Source of the DNA: Eledone cirrhosa
Taxonomy: Eukaryota
Assembly: GCA_964016885.1 (NCBI GenBank)
Contig: OZ024748.1
Location: 1,860,001-1,924,000 of the forward strand
DNA: 64,000 nt
Direction: 5' to 3'
Below the pieces are notes generated by a model that worked only from the letters and a program-made list of their open reading frames with translations, searched no databases and was not told the DNA's origin. Both the position numbers and the translations under genes were made by a program. Shown piece by piece: positions 40,110 to 51,070 of the stretch. The stretch's first letter is position 1; each line of letters begins with the position of its first letter.

Positions 40110-40615
40110 ATCATCGAGGTTACCTTTGCCTTTCATTCTTATGAGGCCGATAAAATAAAGCACCAGTAATGCACTGGGGTTGATTTAATCGAATTTCCCC
40201 TCCCTCCAAATTGCTGGCCTTGTGCCTATGTTAGAAATCATTATTATTACAGAATTGTGGATTGGCAGTATCGGTAGAGGGTTGGACACTATTCTTTGAT
40301 GTATAGAGTTACGGCCCTTGCCATTCTGAGTTCAAATCCCGTCGAGGTTAACTTTGCCTTTCATCCTTACAGGGATGAAAGTAAGTACCAGTAATGCTCT
40401 GGGTAATTGCTGGCCTTGTGCCAAACGTAGAAACAATTATTATTACAGAATTGGTAGAGCATCAGATGAAATGTTTTTTGCTGTATTTGTTCTGAGTTTA
40501 AATCCTGCTGAATCAACTATACTTTTCATTCTTGTGAGGTCGATTCTGGGGTCAGTATAATCGACTTTTCCCCTCTCCCCAAATTATTGGCCTTGTGTAT
40601 AAATTAGAAACCAAT
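40110..40615 (+). mobile_element. Three tandem Meta-domain-like tRNA SINE units
   Basis: Repeated ctgagttcaaatcc..gaggttaactttgcctttcatcct..gataaaataaag(t/c)accagt..ttgctggccttgtg..tagaaa. Confidence 0.75.
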
Positions 40616-40652
40616 ATCAAGCAATCCGTTCTTGTCAAGTAAAATCCTCATT

Positions 40653-40747
40653 GTTATAGTCACTCTTAATGGTGTGTTATAGTCACTCTTAATGGTGTGT
40701 TATAGTCACTCTTAATGGTGTGTTATAGTCACTCTTAATGGTGTGTT
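40653..40747. repeat. 23-bp tandem repeat x4
   Basis: Unit gttatagtcactcttaatggtgt. Confidence 0.95.
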
Positions 40748-41839
40748 CATGCATATATATTCTGAGTTTAACATCAGAAGTACTGTTGCTCCACAATCAT
40801 AGCTATCAGCTACCAGATGTGGTGGTCTGTAATCAAAATTAGGGATCTAATGACAAAGGGTAACGTAGATGTTGAGGACTTTGGTCTGAGGTTGAACATA
40901 GCAATATTTATGACTCTTGTTTATTAATACAGCCCTGTAAATGGAAACCGGAAATGAACCATCGATTGATCTGGTTTCAACTGGCTGTCCAATATTTTAT
41001 TAACTTTGCCAGCTGTGACACTATAAACCAATTGCTGAACAGTTATTGTCAGTTTTTGTATGCAAAAAATAAAAAATAAAAAAAAGATCAATAACGAGGG
41101 TGGTGGTGAAATTAATATTGTCAGTAGTATATTAAGATGGGTTTAGAACTTTATTGAAATAGAAGTTAATTAAATATTGGTTTTAGCAATTTATTGGGAT
41201 TTTTTAAAATAACTTTTATTTATTTTTAATTTTAATTTTTATTTATTTATTTATTTGAAGAAAGGCCAAATATAATTGGTAATATGCTGTATAACATACA
41301 ATCATGGATAAACAAATGTGAAAACATTGATGGATTTTGTTTATATGTTCTATATTAAGGTTTTATCTTTTTTTCATGCAGCCTCTCTAATGTATGATAG
41401 TTTCAAATATCTGGATATATTTATTATAATTTTTAATTTACTCATTATAGTTGAATGTTGATTTTTCCATTAACTGGTTGCTCCACAATGGTGACACCCA
41501 TGATGACAGTTATTTTTTATATCTTGGCCATTTATTAATTTCTTGTGCTTCAGTTAATAGGTAGCTAAGGCCTTGAAAGTTTTGTGATATACTGTTGAAG
41601 GAGAAATAGGTGTGTAATATTATTGTGTTAGAAGTAGGTGTGTGGTATTGTAGAGGTAGCACTATTGTATTGCTGAGGTAGAAGTGGCAAATTAGCAAAT
41701 TGTTGAGGTAGATGTAGGATTAATAAAGATTATAATTGTTTTTATATTTGTTACAGGAGTGGCAAATAATTCTATGTTGATCTAAAAAGCTGTGACTAAA
41801 TATCACAAGGAATTTTGTCAATATTAAAGAAATAATAAT

Positions 41840-42030
41840 TGTTTCTACATTTGTCACAAGGCCAGCAATTTGAGAGAAGGGGAAATTCAGTGTATTACTG
41901 ATACTTTATTGTATTGATCCCATAAGGATGAAAGGCAAAGCTAACCTTGGCAGGATTTGTCCTCAGAATGTAAAAAGACGTAACTATATGCTGCAAAGCA
42001 TATAGTCCAATGCTCTATCGATATGGCTAA
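41840..42030 (-). mobile_element. Meta-domain-like SINE
   Basis: aaggatgaaaggcaaagctaaccttggcaggattt..ctcagaatgtaaa. Confidence 0.7.
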
Positions 42031-42654
42031 TCCAATAATAATAATCACTTCTGATGTTTTGCCATCATCGCCTATTCATACAGACAACAAAATATTACAA
42101 AGGATGTTACAAACATATCTGGGGGATGATATAAAGTTTATTTTGTTTCAAACATTTGGGTATGGTTTCAAGTTTGAGGATATCTTTCAAAAATTCAGCC
42201 CACCAGTCTTGGAAACCCTGGTTAGAGTCATAGGCACTTCACTTCCTGTTGTCAAAGCAATATAAATAGAAAAAGTAATGCCATAAGTAAATAGATAAAA
42301 GCAAACACAATTGTCCTTGTTTTAAGGTTAATTCTTATTGTTTTACTGGTGAAGATTTAATCAGTAATATTGCCAGTATTTAAGTAAAGCCCTTTTTAAA
42401 AGAAAAACAAAGGCAATAAATACATAGATAACAACAAAGCAGCTATTAAATACATAAAAACACATCAATTTACTTGAATAATATGTTAAAATGTTGGTTT
42501 GCTAGGAAGGAACATGGATTTGATTAACAAGAGGATAAATAGATGTGCTGGAATAAAAAAAAAAAGTTTAATATAATTGCACTAGAAATTTATTAAAGCA
42601 AATATTGGATTGACAACTTAACATAGTCCACAATTTTCTATTTTTCTTTCTTTC

Positions 42655-42830
42655 TCCTCTCACTAACACTCTCTCTCTTGTCTCCTTTCACTAACACTCT
42701 CTCTCTCTTGTCTTCTCCTCTCACTAACACTCTCTCTCTCTTGTCTTCTCCTCTCACTAACACTCTCTCTCTTGTCTTCTCTCACTAACACACTCTCTCT
42801 TGTTTTCTCCTCTCACTAACACACTCTCTC
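42655..42830. repeat. ~30-bp CT-rich minisatellite x6
   Basis: Unit ctcactaacactctctctcttgtcttctcct. Confidence 0.85.
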
Positions 42831-42953
42831 TTTTTCTCCCCCTCTCTCTATAGCTTTCTCTCCCCTTCTCTATGTCCCCCTCTCTCCTCCTTTATACATA
42901 TACATATATATACATATATATATACATATACATATATATACATATATATATAC

Positions 42954-42986
<33 letters not shown>

Positions 42987-43205
42987 CATATATATACATA
43001 TATGTATACATATATATATACATATATATATACATATATATATATACATATATATATACATATATACATATACATATATACATATATATATATATACATA
43101 TATATATATACATATATATATATACATATATATATATACATATATACATATACATATATACATATATATATATACATATATATATATACATATATATATA
43201 TACAT

Positions 43206-45518
43206 ATCATCATCATCATCATCAACGTTTAACGTCCGTGTTCCACGCTTGCATGGGTTTGGACGGGGGTAGTCCCACTTGAGGCAAGAGTGATTGTCTT
43301 GCTCGCATAGGACTGTCTGGCAGGTTTTCTACAGTTGGATGCCCTTCCTAACACCAACCACATTTACAGTGTGGGTCTGGGAGGTTTTTACCGTGTTGCC
43401 TACACGGCCACATTACAGCGTGGACTGTGTGTTTTTTTGTCGTGACACCTACACGATCTCATTTGTTTCGGCCTGGATGGCGCGGCACCAACATAACTTT
43501 ACATAGAACGGGGTGGTGTGGATGGGGTGGGGGTGGCGGCGGGAGGGGTGTATTTTGTTAGAGATGCCTACTGGCAAGGCGGGTCTTCTCTGTTACTGAG
43601 TACCGCCAAAGGTCACGGTCCAGTGACATTGTCTTGGAGAGGTGTAAGTGTGTGAGGTCGGAGTTTATCAGCTCATCCCATGTTTTTCTAGGTCTGCCTA
43701 TTCCGTGGCTACCGTCTATCTTTATTGCCCTGCACTTTGTAATACAGCTATCGACTTTCATGCGCATCACGTGTCCATACCAACGCAGCCTTCTCTCGAG
43801 TAAACAACATCTGATCCCTCTTATCTCTAATTTTTTCCTTAGTTCGTTTATGCTTTGCCGTTCACGTATATTACTGTTACACATCCAGCGGAGCATGCAA
43901 GCTTCGTTCCTCTCTAGTCTGCGTATATCCTCTGCACACAATGCCCAGGTCTCACTACCATGCAACATTGCTGTTCGTATGCAGGCATCGTACAACCTGC
44001 CTTTCATTTTTAGGGAGAACCCTTTAGCAGCTAATAGTGGTATAAGCTCTCTGAACTTTTTCCAACCAGTTCTGACTCTAGCTACAGTACTTTCAGAGCA
44101 CCCTCCCCCACTGCTGATTTTATCGCCCAGGTAACGGAAGCTGTCCACTATTTCTATAAAACCCTCTGCGCAATTGAAAGAGCTAGTATTTTGTGGGCAC
44201 TTGCTGCTACTTATTGCACCAGAACACCGGCCACATGTAAAGTCTATGTTCTTAGTTAGCTTACCTGTGATCCCACTACATCTTTTATGCACCCATACTT
44301 TGCATTTAGGACATAAGATGGAGTTTCTACCTACGCCTTTCCTACATACCGAGCACGACCATTTCCCAGAAGGGACCGCCGCCTTGTTTTCTTTCCTACA
44401 AACTAGAACTTTGGTCTTAGCCAGGTTAATTTTAAGTCCTTTTGACTCTAGGCCGTGCTTCCATGTTTGGAATTTCTTCTCTAGCTCGGCCATTGATTCC
44501 GCTATGAGTGTCAGGTCGTCTGCGTATAGGAGTTCCCATGGGCAGCCTGTCTTGAACTCCTCTGTTATAGCCTGAAGGGCAATAATAAATAGTAGGGGGC
44601 TGAGAACAGAGCCCTGATGGACGCCAACTTTTACGCTAAACTCTTCACTATATTCGTTGTTAATTCTAACCTTGCTGACTGTTTCTTTATACATGGCTTG
44701 TATAGCCCTCACAAGCCATTCGTCAACGCCTAGTTTTCTAAGAGCCCACCAGATAATGGAGCGGGGGACTCTGTCGAAGGCTTTCTCCAGGTCGACAAAA
44801 GCTAAGTAGAGGGGTTTACCTTTAGCTAGGTACTTCTCCTGTAGTTGTCGTACTATGAAAAGAGCGTCTGTGGTGCTTTTGCCTGACACAAACCCGAACT
44901 GCATTTCATCTAGATCAATTCTCTCTCTGATTAGTTGCGCTATTACTTTTTCCGTGACCTTCATGACCTGGTCGATTAATTTAATGCCTCTATAGTTACT
45001 CCTATCTAGGGCGTCTCCTGTACCCTTATAACAGTTAACGATGATGCTGCTATGCCAGTCCTTCGGAACAACCCCATTCTGTACGACTTGGTTAACTATG
45101 CGGGTGACCATGGTGTGTCCCACCGTGCCAGATGCCTTCAGCATCTCAGCAACTATTTCCGAAGGCCCAGCCGCCTTACCAGTCTTCATATCCTTGATTG
45201 CCTTACTTATTATACTCCCCTCGACTAACACTGCTGGTCCCTCTATCGGGTCGATATGGGGGAGACTGTCTTTCTCCCATTTATTCTCCTCATTTAGTAG
45301 CCTTTCATAGTGACACTTCCAAGCTACCTTCTTATCAGTGTCGGTGATGGCAAGTATGCCATCATCGTTAAGTACACACTTCTCCCCGACAATATCACGG
45401 TTTTCCTTGACGCATTGCCTGGCAATCCTGAACACCTCACGTTTTTGGTCATCGCGTTGTAGAACATGCTTGAACTTTCTTTCCTCAGCTTCCCTTCTTG
45501 CTAAGTACACTTCTCTCC

Positions 45519-45520
<2 letters not shown>
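43206..45520 (-). mobile_element. Young 5'-truncated RTE-clade LINE in (TA)n
   Basis: Uninterrupted RT ORF, ~350-nt 3' UTR, (GAT)n tail, TA tracts on both sides; lacks the APE endonuclease. Confidence 0.97.
43558..45519 (-). CDS. RTE reverse transcriptase (5'-truncated) with inserted PHD-type zinc finger
   Basis: NYRGIKL, QFGF, FVDLEKAFDRV, QGSVLSPLLF, YADD, GLKINLAKTK, FRYLG, RRLRWYGHVMRM, GRPRKTW. C4HC3 finger at 44224-44355. The listed start is GTG at the truncation point, not a real initiator. Confidence 0.95.
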
Positions 45521-45550
<30 letters not shown>

Positions 45551-45552
<2 letters not shown>

Positions 45553-46147
45553 GGAGAGAGAGTATGACCCTGTAGAACAATAGGGGTGTGAGTGGAGCGG
45601 TCAAGCTTTGAAAGTGATAACAGCAGATTCTAAGGATAGTGTATGAGGAGGGAGGTTATAGAATAGGTAAATCGAATTTTTTTTTTTTTTTTTTTTCTAT
45701 TATCTTTTATTATCTCCTACTCTCATTTGATTTACCTATTCTATAACCTCCCTCCTCCACTTTATACACTATCCTTAGAATCTGCTGTATACATATGACT
45801 TTCAATGTTTGACCACCGCTCCACTCACTCCCCTATTGTTCTACAGGCAAGTTCAGCCACCCCTACCTCCCACCAAATGCCATGATAGACTTATTTGTGT
45901 TTACAACAAATTTTAACCAATCCTCTTGACAACTACAATCTTCCCATATAAGGAAGTACCCCCTTGACAAGTTCGGCTATTTATTCACCAGGCTAAAAAT
46001 TCTAATTTAGTCCACAAATAGCCGTCGAGGCGGCTTGAGTTCTGCCGTCGGGGTCATACTTTTGCCTATTTCCCACTCTACTACCCTATGTATTGAGTAC
46101 TCTGATGCGTTATGGTCCATCTGGTTCCTTACCACAATTCCTTTGTT
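45551..46147 (+). mobile_element. Longest family-B fold-back element
   Basis: Starts taggagagagagtatgaccc (inverse of 46051-46069). Inverted arms ~45569-45673 / 45729-45847, then the hammerhead and the same tail as 5786-5861. Confidence 0.8.
45960..46053 (+). ncRNA. Hammerhead with U3-A8 core, extended stem II and full stem III (GAAA mutated in this copy)
   Basis: cccc UUGACAA g-tt-cggctattt..[ggctaaa/tttagtc hairpin]..aaatagccg-t-c GAGG cggc-ttgagttct-gccg UC gggg. The sister copy at 5743-5746 has GAAA. Confidence 0.65.
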
Positions 46148-46185
46148 ATATATGTATATATATATATATGTATATATGTATATAT

Positions 46186-46515
46186 ATCATCATCATCATC
46201 ATTTTACGTCCGCTTTTCCCTGCTTGCAAGGGTGGGACGGCAACTGATTCTGGCTTGATTTCTACAGCTGGATGCCCTTCTTAACACCAACCTCATTTAC
46301 AGTGAGTGCTGGGTGCTTTTTTGCCGTGGCACCTGCACGACCACTTTGTAGTGGAATGATATGGACCCCAGTCCCTATCATCTCATTTCTACAGCTGAGT
46401 AAACTGGAGCAATGTGAAATAAAGTGTCTTGCTCAAGGAAACAACACATCACCCGGTCTGAGAATTGAACTTCGATTGCAAGGCCAATGCTCTAACCACT
46501 AAGCCATGTGCCTCC
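46186..46515 (-). mobile_element. Full-length tRNA-CORE SINE with type-2 RTE tail
   Basis: Head and core are nearly identical to 8130-8291; the tail cccacccttgcaagcagggaaaagcggacgtaaaa(TGA)n matches the RTE end at 9385-9436. Confidence 0.9.
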
Positions 46516-46522
46516 ATATATG

Positions 46523-46553
<31 letters not shown>

Positions 46554-46658
46554 GTATATATATATATGTATATATATATATGTATATATATATATGTGTG
46601 TATATATATATATGTATATATATATATGTATATATATATATATGTATATATATATATG

Positions 46659-46705
<47 letters not shown>

Positions 46706-46756
46706 GTATATATATATATGTGTATATATATATATGTGTATATATATATATATGTG

Positions 46757-46801
<45 letters not shown>

Positions 46802-46878
46802 ATATGTATATGTATATGTATATATGTATATGTATATGTATATATATGTATATATGTATATGTATATGTATATATATA

Positions 46879-46911
<33 letters not shown>

Positions 46912-47028
46912 ATATATATATATATGTATATATGTATATGTATATGTATATATATATATATATGTATATATGTATATATATATATATATGTATATATGTA
47001 TATGTATATGTATATATATATGTATATG

Positions 47029-47075
<47 letters not shown>

Positions 47076-47104
47076 GTATATATATATATGTGTATATATA
47101 TATG

Positions 47105-47143
<39 letters not shown>

Positions 47144-47490
47144 GTATATATATATGTATATATATATGTATATGTATATATATATGTATATGTATATATA
47201 TGTATATGTATATATATGTATATATATATGTATATATATATGTATATATATATGTATATATATATGTATATATATATGTATATATATATATATGTATATA
47301 TATATGTATATATATATGTATATATATATATATGTATATGTATATATGTATATATATGTATATATATATATGTATATATATATATGTATATATATATATG
47401 TATATATATATATGTATATATATATGTATATATATATGTATATATATATGTATATATATATGTATATATATATGTATATATATATATGTA
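46516..47490. repeat. (TA)n/(TATG) compound microsatellite
   Basis: Direct reading. Confidence 0.95.
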
Positions 47491-47788
47491 TATCTATCTA
47501 TCTAAGGCGGGTAAAATTCCCGAGATCCATGGACGAGTTCTCTCCAGCGGTCTCTGTCCCTCATTATCGCTGCCATGTCCTGCGTCTCCAACAGACCAGT
47601 GTCTGTCCTTAGGGCATCAACATATGTTAACCTTGGTCTTCCTCTTCTAGTGTGTCCATGTAGGGGCTCCCAAAGGAGCACTGAGTGCAATGTCAACTCT
47701 GGATGTCGGTGAGCACGTCCAGCCAACCTCAGTCTCCTCTGTGTCACTTTTGTGCTGACTTTTGGGATGCTCCCATACAGCTCTGTTT
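47490..47788 (-). mobile_element. 3' fragment of another RTE-clade LINE, (AGAT)n tail
   Basis: [37 protein letters not shown]...[11 protein letters not shown]. Confidence 0.85.
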
Positions 47789-47992
47789 ATATATATACAT
47801 ATATATATATATATACATATATATATGTATATATATATTGTTATACTTTGGGAGGGTCATGTTGCCAATAAGAAACACACGCACCAGTTGCTTTCACTTC
47901 AATTTATTATATATTTATAAATTTACAAATCTACAAACTTATAAATTTCTAGTTGGTTGGTTGGTTCCACAACTAGATAGTTGTTTATATAT

Positions 47993-48037
47993 AGTCATAG
48001 TCCTTTCGTCACACACTCTGTGACCTCTTCAGTGACT
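47993..48037 (-). ncRNA. Minimal type I hammerhead ribozyme in the PLE pLTR
   Basis: Minus: agtca CUGAAGA g gtcaca-gagtg-tgtgac GAAA ggac UA tgact. 5-bp stem I, 6-bp stem II, CUA triplet, same strand as the ORF. Confidence 0.85.
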
Positions 48038-48278
48038 GGGGATTCCTTTCTTTGTTTCTGTGCTTTTCCTTTCTTCTATCCTACGCCATTTTGTTTCTGT
48101 GTGTGTGTTGTGTGCTCAGTTTGCGCATGCGCCACATCCGGGTGTCTGTGTGTGTTTGTGTTCATTTATCTATTTGTTTATTTATTTATTTATTTATTGT
48201 TGGTTGGTTGTTTGTTCTATGTGTGTGTGTGTTTTCATTTTGTCCTGTGTGTGTTTTCATTTTGTCCTGTGTGTGTTT

Positions 48279-49220
48279 TCATTTTGTCCTTAATTGTAAG
48301 TTGTGATGTTGTAATTCTTTTATGCTTACTGCCTCTGTAATTTGCCTAAACATTGCATCTTTTCTGTGTGTGGATTCTATTTTTATTTCTATGTTCTCTA
48401 ATCTACTCCTGTGTTCTATCTTAGCATGTTGGTAGAGCACAGATGATTCTTTATTATCTTGAAGGTCTCGCCAGTGTTCATTTATTCGTTCCCCTATACT
48501 ACGAGCTATCTCACCTATGTACACTATATTTTTGTTTCTACATTGTCCTTCAGTACATCTTATGCTATACACTACATTTCTAGTTTTACAGTTAATATGG
48601 GGGCTTATTTTACAGGTTATACATTTCTTATCTATACATTATGGTCTTTGGAACGGGTATGTCTTGCTAATAAGTGTTTTTACGGAGGTACCTGGTCTTT
48701 CTACTATCTTAATATTGAGTTTATGTTTATTTAGGGCCCTTCTAAATTTGTAGGCTAGTTCGCCTCTAGGGGTTGTATTGATGAACATTACACTCTGGTA
48801 TTTATTGCTATCATACCATGAGTTTATTCTATTGGCCTTGTTCCTAGTTCTTTCTATTCTATTCCAAAATTTGCTCCTATACAAGGGGCAGGTCCCATTT
48901 ATGTCATTATTTACCATTTTTTCCCATTTGGTTCTGGCTCCTTTATACACTCTGATTCTATCTCTCTGATTGTAGCCAGAGAACTGCATACGGTGGATGA
49001 AGTGTTGTATGTGTCTCTCTAGTTCTTCGGGGTTGCACATGCGGGACACATTTCTCATCACCCGTACCAAATCCGCAATCAGTATGTTGATTTTGGTATG
49101 GTCCGAAATGGCCGAGTTTCGGTGGATCAGATGTTTGGAAGTCATGGGTTTGGCATAATGGGAATGGAGGATTTGTTTTTGGTTGTTAATGGTATCTAAC
49201 CAGAGCTCTGTGTCTAGTAT
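48279..49220 (-). pseudogene. PLE RT-thumb / CxxxxCxxC / GIY-YIG endonuclease ORF with one in-frame TAA (48639-48641)
   Basis: Single frame: ILDTELW..HYAKPM..SA..K..IL..R..RN.S ... YPFQRP*CIDKKCITCKISPHINCKTRNVVYSIRC..C..YIGE..R...R..EH..HAKIEH..RQITEAV.I. Confidence 0.9.
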
Positions 49221-49672
49221 ATGTATATATATATGTATATATATATGTATACGTATATATATATGTATATGTATATATATATATGTATATATATATATAT
49301 GTATATGTATATATATGTATATGTATATATATATATGTATATGTATATATATATGTATATGTATATGTATATGTATATATATATGTATATGTATATATAT
49401 ATGTATATGTATATATATATGTATATGTATATGTATATATATATATGTATATGTATATATATATATGTATATGTATATATATATGTATATATATATGTAT
49501 ATGTATATATATATGTATATGTATATGTATATGTATATATATATGTATATGTATATGTATATGTATATATATATGTATATATATATGTATATGTATATGT
49601 ATATATATATGTATATATATATGTATATATATATGTATATGTATATATATATGTATATATATATGTATATGT

Positions 49673-49882
49673 ATCATCATCATCATCATCACCGTTTTAC
49701 GTCCGTTCTTCCACGCTAGCATGGGTTAGACGGGTTGTCCTGTTGTGGGCAGTGTCTGGTCGGCTGACCATGCCTTGCTCATACAGGAACTGATCTGGCT
49801 TGATTTCTACAGCTGGATGCCCTTCCTAACACCAACCTCATTTACAGTGAGTGCTGGGTGCTTTTTCGTGGCGCCTACACGA
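49673..49882 (-). mobile_element. 5'-truncated SINE (RTE-derived 3' half)
   Basis: Matches 7917-8105; (GAT)n tail abuts the TA array. Confidence 0.85.
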
Positions 49883-49934
<52 letters not shown>

Positions 49935-50148
49935 GTATATATATATGTATATATATGTATGTATGTATATGTATATATCTATATATGTATATATCTATAT
50001 ATGTATATATCTATATATGTGTATATGTATATATATATGTATATGTATATATATATGTATATGTATATGTATATATATATATATGTATATGTATATGTAT
50101 ATATATATATGTATATGTATATATATATATATGTATATGTATATGTAT

Positions 50149-50182
<34 letters not shown>

Positions 50183-50587
50183 GTATATATAGATGTATAT
50201 ATATGTATGTATATATGTATATATATATGTATATGTATATATATGTATATGTATATATATATATGTATATATATATATGTATATGTATATGTATATATAT
50301 ATATATGTATATGTATATGTATGTATATGTATATGTATGTATATGTATGTATATGTATATGTATGTATATGTATATATATGTATATGTATGTGTATGTAT
50401 ATGTATGTATATGTATATGTATATATGTATGTATATGTATGTATATGTATATATGTATATGTATATGTATATATGTATATATATGTATATATGTATATGT
50501 ATATATATGTATATGTATATATGTATATATATGTATATATATGTATATGTATATATATGTATATGTATATATATGTATATGTATATG

Positions 50588-50622
<35 letters not shown>

Positions 50623-50623
50623 G

Positions 50624-50670
<47 letters not shown>

Positions 50671-50684
50671 GTATATGTATATAT

Positions 50685-50716
<32 letters not shown>

Positions 50717-51028
50717 GTGTATATGTATATATGTGTATGTATATATGTATATATGTGTATGTATATATGTATATATGTGTATGTATATATGTATATATGT
50801 GTATGTATATATGTATATATGTGTATGTATATATGTATATATGTGTATGTATATATGTATATATGTATATATGTATATATGTGTATGTATATATGTATAT
50901 ATGTGTATGTATATATGTATATATGTGTATATATATATGTATATATGTGTATATGTGTATATATATATGTGTATATGTGTATATATATATGTATATATGT
51001 GTATATATATATGTATATATGTGTATGC

Positions 51029-51061
<33 letters not shown>

Positions 51062-51070
51062 TATACACAC
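49883..51070. repeat. (TA)n/(TATG)n compound microsatellite (also 49221-49672)
   Basis: Direct reading. Confidence 0.95.

Larger units (their letters stand above)
47836..49220 (-). mobile_element. 5'-truncated Penelope-like element (Naiad/Neptune-type linker) with 3' pLTR
   Basis: RT end + thumb, Cys linker, GIY-YIG domain, then a non-coding pLTR containing a hammerhead; TA tracts on both sides. Confidence 0.9.

Noticed and set aside
43634-45310. Plus-strand ORFs antisense to the RTE
   Set aside because: Shadow ORFs of the RT coding sequence with no recognisable motifs.
48639-48641. Selenocysteine or readthrough codon in the PLE ORF
   Set aside because: The stop is TAA, not TGA, and is not at a Cys position; most likely a nonsense mutation.
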